Made by a program: the position numbers and the translations under genes
In this document: positions 18,485 through 27,191 of the stretch, piece by piece
Numbering within the stretch: the first letter of the stretch is position 1
Layout of the letters: every line of letters begins with the position of its first letter
Virus record (IMG/VR): IMGVR_UViG_3300005336_000019
Location: 1-64,000 of that record
Reading direction: 5' to 3' (one strand)
DNA from: a virus
Taxonomy: Duplodnaviria > Caudoviricetes
DNA length: 64,000 nt
Notes under the pieces: model-generated
Seen by the model: only the letters and a program-made list of their open reading frames with translations
Told to the model about the DNA's origin: nothing
The model's database searches: none

Positions 18485-18910
18485 ATGAGTGAGCCGCTGA
18501 ACACCGACGGCTGGGGAGAGGTGAAGGTCCGGACTCCGGGCTCGTTCGCCGACCCCCGGGAGGTGAACGCGGTGATCCGGGAGCTGTTCTGTCACGACAG
18601 CATCCTGGAGTACCAGCGCAGGATCGCCGAGGCGGCCATGAGGGAAGCCGTGGCGGCCTGGCGCAGGGCGATGGCCAAGAAGGGCCTGAGCGCCGACAGT
18701 GACGCCGGTAAGGCGATCCTGGCGGCCGTGAACGGCGTCCTGGACGGCTTCGACCCGGAGAGCGACGAGTGGGACGGCTTCTTCCCGCCGGTCATGCTCT
18801 GCTCCGAGCACGACAGCCCCGTGAAGCCGAGGTTCGGCAAGGGGATCGTCTTCTCGGCCTGCCCCGGCGTCCCGTGGTGCCGGGCTCACGAACCGGCGCG
18901 TGTCCAGTGA
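18485..18910 (+). CDS. hypothetical protein with C-terminal Zn ribbon
   Basis: CSEH...FSACPGVPWC. Confidence 0.8.
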   Translation: MSEPLNTDGWGEVKVRTPGSFADPREVNAVIRELFCHDSILEYQRRIAEAAMREAVAAWRRAMAKKGLSADSDAGKAILAAVNGVLDGFDPESDEWDGFFPPVMLCSEHDSPVKPRFGKGIVFSACPGVPWCRAHEPARVQ

Positions 18911-19233
18911 GCTACGAATGCCGGGGCTGCGGCGGCACCTGCTGCACGGGGATCGGGAGCGACCCCTGCACCTGCCCGCCGCCGCCCGAGCCGGAAGAGC
19001 AGGAGCTGTACCCCCGGCGGTCGCCGGGGGCGCACGGCAGGCACTGCACCTGGCCGGAGTGTGACGGCTCATGCCTGATCACGGTGACCGTCGAGTGGCG
19101 GGCGCTGGAGGCGTTCTACGAGGCGGCCCGGTGGGGCCGGGCGATGACGCCCAGCACGGCGGGTGAGCGCACCGGGATGGAGCTGGTGGCGCGGATCATC
19201 GAACAGGGCAAGAGGGGTGCGGAACGTGGCTGA
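18907..19233 (+). CDS. hypothetical Cys-rich protein
   Basis: GTGA overlap. Confidence 0.7.
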   Translation: MSYECRGCGGTCCTGIGSDPCTCPPPPEPEEQELYPRRSPGAHGRHCTWPECDGSCLITVTVEWRALEAFYEAARWGRAMTPSTAGERTGMELVARIIEQGKRGAERG

Positions 19234-19326
19234 AGTGATCCGGGCGTTCGCCGGGGTCGTGGCGCTGATCGCCATGAAGAAGACCGAGATCGACCGCCGG
19301 AGGGCGGCCGGAAAGGGGAAGACGGC

Positions 19327-19623
19327 ATGACCACCCAGGACGAGAAGCTGGACATGCGCACGATCCACCTGCTGGCAGCGGCCAAAGAGCTGGCCGACCT
19401 GCTCTACAAGTGGAACGTGATCGACGAGTACGACCTGGTCATCCAGGACGGCCGCAATGGCGGCACCCCGTACCACCACGTGAACGAGGCGCTGGTGGCC
19501 GTGCTGAAGAAGCTCGGCACCGAGAACAAGGACGGCTTCTACGAGGGCGTCACCTCGGGCATGGACCCGCAGGAGGCACTGGACAACGCCATCGCCTACG
19601 AACGCCGCTACGACGAGATCTGA
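19327..19623 (+). CDS. hypothetical protein
   Basis: RBS AAAGGGGAAG. Confidence 0.8.
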   Translation: MTTQDEKLDMRTIHLLAAAKELADLLYKWNVIDEYDLVIQDGRNGGTPYHHVNEALVAVLKKLGTENKDGFYEGVTSGMDPQEALDNAIAYERRYDEI

Positions 19624-19655
19624 GACCGGAAGACACGGAGAGGGAGAGGAAGAAC

Positions 19656-20486
19656 ATGGGCGAGATCAGCAAGTACGAGGGCGGCGGCTCCGGAGCGGAG
19701 CTGAGCAAGCAGGACGGCCTGCCGGACCAGTCGTTCTCCGGGAAGGGTCAGCACTCCGGCCCGGTCCTGCTGGACATCTCGGGTGACTCGATCCACGGCA
19801 CCGTGACGGTGGACGCCGTCGACTTCGCCTCGGTCCGGGTCTACACCCGGTCCACGGTGCAGTCGGTGATCGACGCCGTCCGCAAGACGAAGATCTACCT
19901 GTCCGGCAGCACGCTGACCGTGAAGGTGCCGGACTTCCAGGTCCCACCGACCGTGATCCAAGGAGGTGGCAGCCGGATGGTCTTCTCGGGCAACGTCTCC
20001 TTCGTGTCGGTCGGCCGGGGGGCCACGGTGATCGGCGGCTCCGGCTCCGGGGAGGACATGGTCCGGGTCGAGGTCACGCTGCCCCGACAGTCCGGCATCC
20101 GGGCCGACCTCGGCTCCGGCATGCTCGACGTGCACGGCGACCTCGTCGGCATCGACGGCGACCTGTCCTCGGGCTCGATCGCGGTCCACGGTTCGGTCGG
20201 CAAGGCCCGTGCCGAGCTGTCCTCCGGCTCGTTCCAGATCGGCCGGGTGACGGAGGGGATCGAAGCCACGGCGTCGTCCGGCAGCCTGAACGTGGGCGAG
20301 TACACCGGCTCCCACGCCAAGCTGCGGATCTCCTCCGGCAGCATGAACCTGAACGTCGGTCCGGCCGCCAGCGGCAGCATCGACGTCCGGGTCTCCTCCG
20401 GTTCGGCCAACATCAGCGGAACCCGGGGGCGCACCGACCTGGACATCAGGACGAAGAAGTCCTCCGGCAGCATCAACCTCTACTGA
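19656..20486 (+). CDS. DUF4097-like beta-strand repeat protein
   Basis: Repeated SSGS(I/F/L/M) units. Confidence 0.8.
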   Translation: MGEISKYEGGGSGAELSKQDGLPDQSFSGKGQHSGPVLLDISGDSIHGTVTVDAVDFASVRVYTRSTVQSVIDAVRKTKIYLSGSTLTVKVPDFQVPPTVIQGGGSRMVFSGNVSFVSVGRGATVIGGSGSGEDMVRVEVTLPRQSGIRADLGSGMLDVHGDLVGIDGDLSSGSIAVHGSVGKARAELSSGSFQIGRVTEGIEATASSGSLNVGEYTGSHAKLRISSGSMNLNVGPAASGSIDVRVSSGSANISGTRGRTDLDIRTKKSSGSINLY

Positions 20487-20487
20487 C

Positions 20488-20970
20488 ATGCTGGACGCCG
20501 ACCTCGTCCACGAGACGGGACACTTCAGCTACGCCGACGCCGAGCACCTGGCTGACCTGTGGAACCGGGCCTACCCGGCGATGCGGCAGATCATCACCCG
20601 GTACATCGAGAGCCAGCGGGAGTACATCGAGCGGAGGGGCTGGGTCATCGACCCGAATCACCCCCACGCCGAAGTGCTCCAGGAGCGCGCCACCCCGGAA
20701 CGGAAGGCCCGGTACCGGCTGAAGCTGTCGGAAGAGCTGCGCCGGGACCTCGGCCAGCTCGACCGGGGCACGCACAAGCCGTGCACCCGCAGCCCGGGAT
20801 GCTTCTCGGTGACGGCCGCCTACATGGCGGTGCGGAGCCTGATCAGTCACAGCTCCCTCAACAGTGAGGGGCTGGCCAACATCTACCGCCTGGCCGCCGA
20901 TCTGGCCGAGGCGGAGGAGCGGGTCAACGAGGCCCGCAAGAAGTGGCACCAGGAACAGGAGAAGAAGTGA
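20488..20970 (+). CDS. hypothetical protein
   Basis: ORF tiling. Confidence 0.8.
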   Translation: MLDADLVHETGHFSYADAEHLADLWNRAYPAMRQIITRYIESQREYIERRGWVIDPNHPHAEVLQERATPERKARYRLKLSEELRRDLGQLDRGTHKPCTRSPGCFSVTAAYMAVRSLISHSSLNSEGLANIYRLAADLAEAEERVNEARKKWHQEQEKK

Positions 20971-21209
20971 ACGCAGAAGTCGAGGTCCCCGTCGCCGAGA
21001 GCATCGCCGTGGGTCTGGCGATCGTCTTCTCGGATCTTCCGCAGAGCACCATCACGTGGATGTCCGAGCTGATGGTGCGCACCTGGCACGAGGGGCCGGA
21101 CCGCTCCGACGACCTGCTCTTCAACGCCCTCGACAAGGAGGTCCGGGCGGGCAACGAGGACGCCATCCGCATGGTCCTCGCCGCCGCCCGGCGCGGTCTG
21201 AAGGTCTGA
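20967..21209 (+). CDS. hypothetical protein (paralog of 21308-21529)
   Basis: FSDLPQSTITWM...VRAGNEDAI. Confidence 0.8.
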   Translation: MNAEVEVPVAESIAVGLAIVFSDLPQSTITWMSELMVRTWHEGPDRSDDLLFNALDKEVRAGNEDAIRMVLAAARRGLKV

Positions 21210-21279
21210 CTCCGAGGCCGAAACCCCTGGAAGGGGGTCGTGGGACGAATGGAAGTCCCGCCTGACGATGGCCGTCAGA
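21205..21279 (+). ncRNA. type II hammerhead ribozyme HH2 (cleavage after GUC, 21239)
   Basis: GGCC-GAAA-CCCC/GGGG-UC-stem I GUGGGAC/GUCCCGC-CUGACGA-U-GGCC; outer stem UCUGAC/GUCAGA. Confidence 0.93.
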
Positions 21280-21307
21280 AGAATTCGGAACGGGAGGAGA
21301 ACGCATC

Positions 21308-21529
21308 ATGGAACTGCCCAACCGCGCCGAGGTGCGCAGCCAGATCAGCTCGAAGTTCCCGGGCCTGCCCAACGACACCCTGGACTGGGTGGCGGGCATG
21401 CTCTCCGACAAGATCGAGGCCGACTGGCAGACCGCCGACGCCGAGTTCCACCGCGAGATGGAGCGCGCGATCCGGGCCGGTGAAGAGCACGCGATCCTCG
21501 TGGCCCTCGCCGCGCTCAAGGCCGTCTGA
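21308..21529 (+). CDS. hypothetical protein (paralog of 20967-21209)
   Basis: FPGLPNDTLDWV...IRAGEEHAI. Confidence 0.8.
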   Translation: MELPNRAEVRSQISSKFPGLPNDTLDWVAGMLSDKIEADWQTADAEFHREMERAIRAGEEHAILVALAALKAV

Positions 21530-21544
21530 CCTACGGGTCGCATT

Positions 21545-21601
21545 GAAGGGGCTCCGGTTGCGGCCGGGGCCCCTTCTGCGTATCGTCTTTGACCTAGGCC
21601 A
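21545..21601 (+). promoter_or_regulatory. terminator-like hairpin overlapping promoter TTGCGG-N17-TATCGT, operator TGACCTAGGCCA (21590-21601)
   Basis: GAAGGGGCTCCGGT/GCCGGGGCCCCTTC stem. Confidence 0.7.
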
Positions 21602-21617
21602 TTCGGATGGGAGAGAC

Positions 21618-21902
21618 GTGAGCGAGGACGAATTCGAAGCCCTGGCCGATGAGTTACGGGCTTCATGGAGCGGCGACCGCGAACGCTGGGACGGTCTTCG
21701 CGAGGAGCTGACGGACAAGTCCCTGTGCCTGCGCTGGGACGGCGACCACCGCCTTCTCCTGGAGCAGCACACCAGCAGGCAGACGGCGTTGATCGCCACC
21801 ACGTACGGCCGCAGGCAGGACGACCGGATCCGGTACGCCGTGATCCTGGAGCGCAGCCTGAGATCGGGCCGCATGGAGACCAAGGGGATGGAGCCCTCAT
21901 GA
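21618..21902 (+). CDS. hypothetical protein
   Basis: RBS GGGAGA. Confidence 0.75.
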   Translation: MSEDEFEALADELRASWSGDRERWDGLREELTDKSLCLRWDGDHRLLLEQHTSRQTALIATTYGRRQDDRIRYAVILERSLRSGRMETKGMEPS

Positions 21903-22219
21903 ATCACCCGGAGACCGCAGAGATCGACATTCCGGCCGTGGACGGCACGCTGCTGCACATCGTGCTGAACAAGGAGGAGGGCACCGGGAGGTTCACCTAC
22001 TCCAGCATGGTCGAGGTGCAGCAGCACACCCCGTACGGCCTGCGCCCGCTGGTCACGTACAGCATGGGCGCGGTGCTGCGGGCGCCCCGCAACAAGCCGT
22101 TCCGGCTGCACGACGGGGACGCCGGACTCGTGATCGAGGGCCACTGGCTGATCACGGTCGGGGACTGGATGGAGATGCTGAGCGAGGCCAGCGTCGACAC
22201 GTGGAAGGTGGACATCTGA
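21899..22219 (+). CDS. hypothetical protein
   Basis: ATGA overlap. Confidence 0.75.
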   Translation: MNHPETAEIDIPAVDGTLLHIVLNKEEGTGRFTYSSMVEVQQHTPYGLRPLVTYSMGAVLRAPRNKPFRLHDGDAGLVIEGHWLITVGDWMEMLSEASVDTWKVDI

Positions 22220-22419
22220 TGGCAAGCCTGTCGATCGAGTTCGACAACGACGAGAGCTACCACACGGGACCGCCGCAGGTTCCCCTCGGCAGCGACTTCG
22301 GGTACGCCTCCCTGAAGGGGTACCGGATCGACGAAGGCGGCTTCGTGGTCATGGAGTTCGACAACCACGCCATCCGCAAGGTGCCGGTCCGGCGCCTGCT
22401 GCGCATCACGGAGCTGTGA
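22219..22419 (+). CDS. hypothetical protein
   Basis: TGATG overlap. Confidence 0.75.
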   Translation: MASLSIEFDNDESYHTGPPQVPLGSDFGYASLKGYRIDEGGFVVMEFDNHAIRKVPVRRLLRITEL

Positions 22420-22420
22420 C

Positions 22421-22882
22421 ATGCCGCTGATCTGGACTCAAGGGAACCTGCTGGAGTCGGCGGCGCAAGGACTGGTCAGCCCGGTCAACTGCGTCGGCGT
22501 GCCGGGTGCCGGGCTGGCCCGGCAATTCAAGGACCGCTGGCCCATGCAGGTCGAGGAGTACGTGACCTTCTGCCGGGAGGGCCGGATGAAGCCCGGCCTG
22601 GTGCACGATGCACTTCTGCCGGACGGGCGCCGGATCCTGAGCATCGCCACCAAGCGGCACTGGCGGGACAACTCACGGATCGAGGACGTGGATCGGGGGC
22701 TGGCCGCTCTGAAGGAGTACCTGGACGAGACGGGCCTGATCTCGGTCGCTCTCCCGGCGCTCGGCTGCGGGCTGGGCGGCCTGCCGAAGGCTCTCGTAGC
22801 CCGGCGGGTGCAGTTCTGGCTGGCCGACAATTTCTCCGTGGTCTACGTCTACGGGCTCGACGAGCCGGAGGTGTCGGCGTGA
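22421..22882 (+). CDS. macrodomain ADP-ribosylglycohydrolase (DarG/TARG1-like)
   Basis: GNLLE...VNCVGVPGAGLARQFK...TKRHWR...ALPALGCGLGGL. Confidence 0.9.
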   Translation: MPLIWTQGNLLESAAQGLVSPVNCVGVPGAGLARQFKDRWPMQVEEYVTFCREGRMKPGLVHDALLPDGRRILSIATKRHWRDNSRIEDVDRGLAALKEYLDETGLISVALPALGCGLGGLPKALVARRVQFWLADNFSVVYVYGLDEPEVSA

Positions 22883-23076
22883 GCAAGGAGATCATCCGGG
22901 TGACCGTCGTCTTCGAGTACGAGGTCGACCCGGAGTTGTACCCCGGAGCGAAAACGCCCGGCGAGCGGGCGGAAGTCGACCGGGAGAACTTCGCCAAGAA
23001 CCCGGACCTGGTGGTGGAAACGCTCGCCGACAAGGGAGCGAAGTCCGTCACCCTCGGGTCTTTCACGATCAACTGA
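22879..23076 (+). CDS. hypothetical protein
   Basis: GTGA overlap, RBS GGAGG. Confidence 0.75.
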   Translation: MSKEIIRVTVVFEYEVDPELYPGAKTPGERAEVDRENFAKNPDLVVETLADKGAKSVTLGSFTIN

Positions 23077-23096
23077 TCACCGGAACAGGAGAAGAC

Positions 23097-23702
23097 ATGG
23101 CGATGACCCGCGAAGAGGAGACGGCGCTGGCGAAGGAGATGGCCGAGGAGATGGGCCTGAACCTGCCGTACGCCGCCCAGGTGGGCTTCGAGTACGACGT
23201 GAAGGCGGCCCGGCAGAAGGCCGAGGAACTGCGAGACCTGGCCCGCAGGCGGGAGCAGGAGTCGCGCGACTCGTTCGATCGGTGCGACACGGACGGCGCC
23301 CTCTCGCAGTGGGCGAGCGGGATCAACGCCGAGAAGTACCGGCTCCAGGCCGACATCGTCGAGAACGGCGGCATGTGGTACTTCCCGGCCCTCTTCGACC
23401 TGGAGGGCAACCTGGTTCCGGCCCGGGAGGCGTACGGCCAGTACGGATCCTTCTGGTCTCTGCTGGACGCCGACGGGAACCGCACCGGCCAGACCTTCAA
23501 CGAGTCGAAGGCCCAGAACGACAAGGTGAAGATCCGCAACGATGCCCGGAAGGGCTACTACGTCGGCTCGGTTCTGGCCCCGGCCAGAGTCGTGACGCGC
23601 GGCCAGTCCGTCACCTCGGTCGCCTGCCACATCGACCGGAACGACGGCGGCTGGGACCCGGACGTGATGGTGCTCGACAACGGGAAGGGCGAGCAGGAGT
23701 GA
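23097..23702 (+). CDS. actinophage-type hypothetical protein (SFDRCDTDG.LSQWA family)
   Basis: Recognisable motif; RBS AGGAG. Confidence 0.85.
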   Translation: MAMTREEETALAKEMAEEMGLNLPYAAQVGFEYDVKAARQKAEELRDLARRREQESRDSFDRCDTDGALSQWASGINAEKYRLQADIVENGGMWYFPALFDLEGNLVPAREAYGQYGSFWSLLDADGNRTGQTFNESKAQNDKVKIRNDARKGYYVGSVLAPARVVTRGQSVTSVACHIDRNDGGWDPDVMVLDNGKGEQE

Positions 23703-24019
23703 AGCTGGTCAGCAACACGCCCCGCCTGGAACTGCTGCGGATCGAGCTGACGACCGGCCAGTGCCCGCCGCAGTCATGTCTGGAGTGGGACGAGTTCCTG
23801 CACCTGTACGCCCTGCTGCGGCGACTCCCCGGGGCCGTCCCGGCAGTGCGCTCGGAGGTGCTGACGAAGCTGCTGGGCCGGGGCTTCGAGCACCGGTACG
23901 CCACGAACCTGATGAGCCTGGCAACGGCGGGAACGCAGCCGCTGACCATGCTGGTTCGGCAGGCTGCGTTCCACTCGGAGATCCGGCCCCTTCGCGAAGA
24001 GGAGAAGGTGGACAAGTGA
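23699..24019 (+). CDS. hypothetical protein
   Basis: GTGA overlap. Confidence 0.7.
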   Translation: MKLVSNTPRLELLRIELTTGQCPPQSCLEWDEFLHLYALLRRLPGAVPAVRSEVLTKLLGRGFEHRYATNLMSLATAGTQPLTMLVRQAAFHSEIRPLREEEKVDK

Positions 24020-24420
24020 TGAGCGACCCTGACGACAACAACCCGGACTTCCGGCCCGGCGGGAATGTCCAGGCCGCCGTAGCGCGCATGCTGCTCTGGC
24101 TGGAGCAGTACCCGGACGACGTGAACGTGGCAGCCCAGATCGGAAGTTCGAACGGCTTCATCACGGACGGCTGGCCGTACCGCATGTACGCCGTCGACCG
24201 CCGGGACCTGGCCGCCGTGCTGCGTCTGGTGCAGAAGCTGCCGGACTTCCAGATCTACACAGAGGACGCCTCCACGGTCTGTGAAGCGTGCGACACGAAC
24301 ATCACCTGGGGTGACCAGGACCCCCGGCTGTACTCGCTCGTCGAGGCCGCCGGTCAGCACGTGTGTGACCCGGGGAAGAAGGCGGCGGTCGAACGGGACC
24401 GGGCCGCTCGGAAGGTGTGA
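24019..24420 (+). CDS. hypothetical protein
   Basis: TGATG overlap. Confidence 0.8.
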   Translation: MSDPDDNNPDFRPGGNVQAAVARMLLWLEQYPDDVNVAAQIGSSNGFITDGWPYRMYAVDRRDLAAVLRLVQKLPDFQIYTEDASTVCEACDTNITWGDQDPRLYSLVEAAGQHVCDPGKKAAVERDRAARKV

Positions 24421-24486
24421 GGCGCTTCGGTGGGGTCCGGCTGCGGCCGGGCCTTCGCCGTGGGATCTCACGGAACTGGAGGAGAA

Positions 24487-24759
24487 ATGCACCACAGCGA
24501 GATCGATCACGAGGCCAAGGTCAAGGAGCCCGTGGCCGACCTGGACGACTGGTACGGCGAGCGGCCGTACCTGCTGGAGGGGTTCGTCCCCGTCGACAGC
24601 AGCGACGTCATCGTGCCGGTCGACAGCGACAGCCCGGAGAGCTTCATCCTGGCCCTCACCGAGGGGCAGGCGGTTCAGGCCCTGCTGTCGCTGGCCGAGC
24701 AGATCGGCGACGTCCGGGCCGTGGAGCTGATCCAGCAGCAGGCCGCAACGCCCAAGTAG
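24487..24759 (+). CDS. hypothetical acidic protein
   Basis: RBS GGAGGAG. Confidence 0.8.
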   Translation: MHHSEIDHEAKVKEPVADLDDWYGERPYLLEGFVPVDSSDVIVPVDSDSPESFILALTEGQAVQALLSLAEQIGDVRAVELIQQQAATPK

Positions 24760-24779
24760 CCAGGGCGAGTTCGATCAGA

Positions 24780-24796
24780 TACAGTGGCCTAGGTCA
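24780..24796 (+). promoter_or_regulatory. -10 TACAGT plus operator TGGCCTAGGTCA
   Basis: Palindrome family. Confidence 0.7.
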
Positions 24797-24812
24797 GGGA
24801 AGGAGGAAAGAC

Positions 24813-24896
24813 ATGGCAGAGAAGCTGCCCCAGCGCGAGCCGGGGAAGGCCCTCAAGGAGGCGCGCGAGCGCGAAGAGGGCCAGGGTCAGCGATGA
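24813..24896 (+). CDS. 27-aa peptide MAEKLPQREPGKALKEAREREEGQGQR
   Basis: Perfect SD AAGGAGG, own promoter and downstream hairpin. Confidence 0.7.
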   Translation: MAEKLPQREPGKALKEAREREEGQGQR

Positions 24897-24901
24897 CCTT
24901 C

Positions 24902-24926
24902 AGGGGGCGCCCGACGGGCGCCCCCT
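24902..24926 (+). terminator. GC-rich hairpin
   Basis: AGGGGGCGCCC-GAC-GGGCGCCCCCT. Confidence 0.55.
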
Positions 24927-24962
24927 CATTGATGCAGTGATCGGAACAGGAGAGAGAGACCC

Positions 24963-25397
24963 ATGGAGTTCCACGAGCGCTTCGCCGAGAAGGCTGCCGA
25001 CACCGACTACTCCCGCTACCCCCAGCTCCAGGCGCTGAGCAAGTACGACATCAACGCGACGGCCGAGGCTCTGCGCCTGACCGCGATCCAGCTCGGCACC
25101 CACGTGCGCGGGTGGGGCATGCTGGACGACCTGACGCTCGACGAGCCGACGGTCATCACGGCCCTGCTGGCGCTGAAGCGGCGCTGGGACGACGAGGGGC
25201 ACCTGGTCTCGGTCGACTTCGAGGAGTACTGGGACGCCACCGACACCCACAACTTCCCCTCCTCCCTGCTGGAGGAGATGAAGCGCCACCTCGTCCGCCA
25301 GTTCCTGGAGGGCAAGAAGGCCGAGCACGTCGCGGTCAGCAACCCGTACGGGATCTGGCTGTTCGACAAGGCCGTCCTGGAGGGGATCTTCAAGTGA
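24963..25397 (+). CDS. hypothetical protein
   Basis: RBS AGGAGA. Confidence 0.8.
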   Translation: MEFHERFAEKAADTDYSRYPQLQALSKYDINATAEALRLTAIQLGTHVRGWGMLDDLTLDEPTVITALLALKRRWDDEGHLVSVDFEEYWDATDTHNFPSSLLEEMKRHLVRQFLEGKKAEHVAVSNPYGIWLFDKAVLEGIFK

Positions 25398-25678
25398 TCG
25401 ACTCCCTCTCGAACCTGCCGACCGGGGTCAACGAGCTGTACCCCAACTGGCAGGCCGCCTTCGCCGAGATCACCGTCCGCCCCCGGGAGGATGCGGGTCG
25501 GAAGCCGGAGATGCCCCTGCTCTCCCGTGGGCACTGCTTCGCGGACGACCGGGGTGACGTCTGGACGGTCCTTCGCGCTACCGTCGTGACGGAGACCGAC
25601 GAGTTCAGCGGTGACGAGCTTCCATACCGCTACGCCTACGTCTACGAGGTCGTGAGCGGCAGGCGTCAGCTCGACTGA
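25394..25678 (+). CDS. hypothetical protein
   Basis: GTGA overlap. Confidence 0.75.
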   Translation: MIDSLSNLPTGVNELYPNWQAAFAEITVRPREDAGRKPEMPLLSRGHCFADDRGDVWTVLRATVVTETDEFSGDELPYRYAYVYEVVSGRRQLD

Positions 25679-25684
25679 GCCACC

Positions 25685-25757
25685 CAAGGGGCGGCCCCGG
25701 ATCGGGGTCGCCCCTTGTTGTGTTTCCAGCGTGACCTAGGCCGGTTGATGATAGACT
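25685..25757 (+). promoter_or_regulatory. terminator hairpin, operator TGACCTAGGCCG (25732-25743) and -10 TAGACT
   Basis: CAAGGGGCGGCCCCG/CGGGGTCGCCCCTTG followed by a T-rich tract. Confidence 0.7.
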
Positions 25758-25779
25758 CCCGTGCACGGAAGGAGAGGAA

Positions 25780-26274
25780 ATGGCAAACGACTTGGTGAGA
25801 TTCCCGGAGGCCGGGGATCACTGGGAGGAGATACCGGGGCCCGGCATGTACGTGCTGGCGGTTCTCCCCAGGAAGGCTGAGCCCGACCAGTGCGCCGTGG
25901 GCGCCGCCATCCTCATGCTGCGCCCACAGGGGCGCCTGCTCACCCCGGTCGACCCGCTGTGGCCGACGGAGGAGAGCCGGAACTACGACGCCAGCCTGCT
26001 GGAGGAGGCGGCACAGCTCTTCGAGGAGAGGGGCGAGCGGGTCAAGGCCGCGACGATACGGGCCCAGTTCCCCACCACGGACCTGTCGGTCGAGGTCGTC
26101 CAGGCCACACACATGGGCTCGACAGCGCGCACCCTGCGCAGCACGAAGACCGGCGAGTACTGGCAGGCCCGATGGGAAGACCTCACGCCGTCCGGAATCC
26201 TGCACCTGCACCAGATCCACACCTGCTTCGTACGGCCGCCCGTACTGATCACGTTCCTGGGGGACGAGGACTGA
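25780..26274 (+). CDS. hypothetical protein
   Basis: RBS AAGGAGAGG. Confidence 0.8.
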   Translation: MANDLVRFPEAGDHWEEIPGPGMYVLAVLPRKAEPDQCAVGAAILMLRPQGRLLTPVDPLWPTEESRNYDASLLEEAAQLFEERGERVKAATIRAQFPTTDLSVEVVQATHMGSTARTLRSTKTGEYWQARWEDLTPSGILHLHQIHTCFVRPPVLITFLGDED

Positions 26275-26654
26275 TGAAGCTGTTCGGCAAGAAGAAGCCG
26301 GAAGACGAGAAGCCGCCGACCGGCCAGAGGCCCCGCATCCGGGGGCACGTCGAAGCGTTCTACGTCCAGCGGGCGTCGGAGGCATTCATCGAGGTCATCA
26401 TGAAGGCTTCCGACGCGCAGCGCCCCGGCAGGATCGGAGCCGACCACAGTTCCGACGTGGACCGGGCACAGGTGCTGGAGGCTGCCGTCTCGGTGGCCGC
26501 TCTGCACTGCAACGAAGATCTGCTTTCCCGGCTGTACTCCTTCCGGGACGCCGTGCTCGAACTCACCATGGGCGGCGGCTCGGAAGCCGAAGTACGCGCC
26601 ACCCGAGAGCACTTCACGAAGGGGTGCCGGGAAGCGCTCGGCACCGACCAGTAG
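26274..26654 (+). CDS. hypothetical protein
   Basis: TGATG overlap. Confidence 0.8.
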   Translation: MKLFGKKKPEDEKPPTGQRPRIRGHVEAFYVQRASEAFIEVIMKASDAQRPGRIGADHSSDVDRAQVLEAAVSVAALHCNEDLLSRLYSFRDAVLELTMGGGSEAEVRATREHFTKGCREALGTDQ

Positions 26655-26675
26655 AACCGGAGAGGGAGAAGAGCA

Positions 26676-27191
26676 GTGCGACTCATGCACCAGCACGACC
26701 TGGGCGGACCGGGCCGGGTGATCGTCATGGCAGGTGACCTCCCCGTCACCATCACGGTCGACGAACGGGCCGAGTACCGCTCGGTGGACGTCCTGGCCGA
26801 TCGCGGCCTGGCCGCCTGGGCAGGACCCATCGGCCCGGGAGGCGTCTCGTTCGGGGTCGAGGTCGGCAGGCCCACCCTGATCAACACCCTGCGCGACAAG
26901 CTGGGTCTGCGTATGGGTACCTCAGTGTCCGGCGGCGGCTCGGTCTCCTCGTCCGGGCGCGGCTCGATCGCGGCCGGGGGGAGCATCGTCAACTGTGCCA
27001 CCGGCCGGGGTGCGAAGGTCACCGTGAGCGGAGCGGAGCAGAAGCAGCCGGAGGTCGGCGTACATCTGACTGTTCCCAGGCTGTGCATCTTCGAGATCCG
27101 GTCCCACGGCGGCATCCGCGTTCTGCACGACGGTATCGAGCTGTCCTTCCAGGCGGCCGAGGAGCGCGGGCTTCTGGCGGCGGCCCGATGA
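26676..27191 (+). CDS. hypothetical protein
   Basis: RBS CGGAGAGGGAGAAGA. Confidence 0.8.
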   Translation: MRLMHQHDLGGPGRVIVMAGDLPVTITVDERAEYRSVDVLADRGLAAWAGPIGPGGVSFGVEVGRPTLINTLRDKLGLRMGTSVSGGGSVSSSGRGSIAAGGSIVNCATGRGAKVTVSGAEQKQPEVGVHLTVPRLCIFEIRSHGGIRVLHDGIELSFQAAEERGLLAAAR

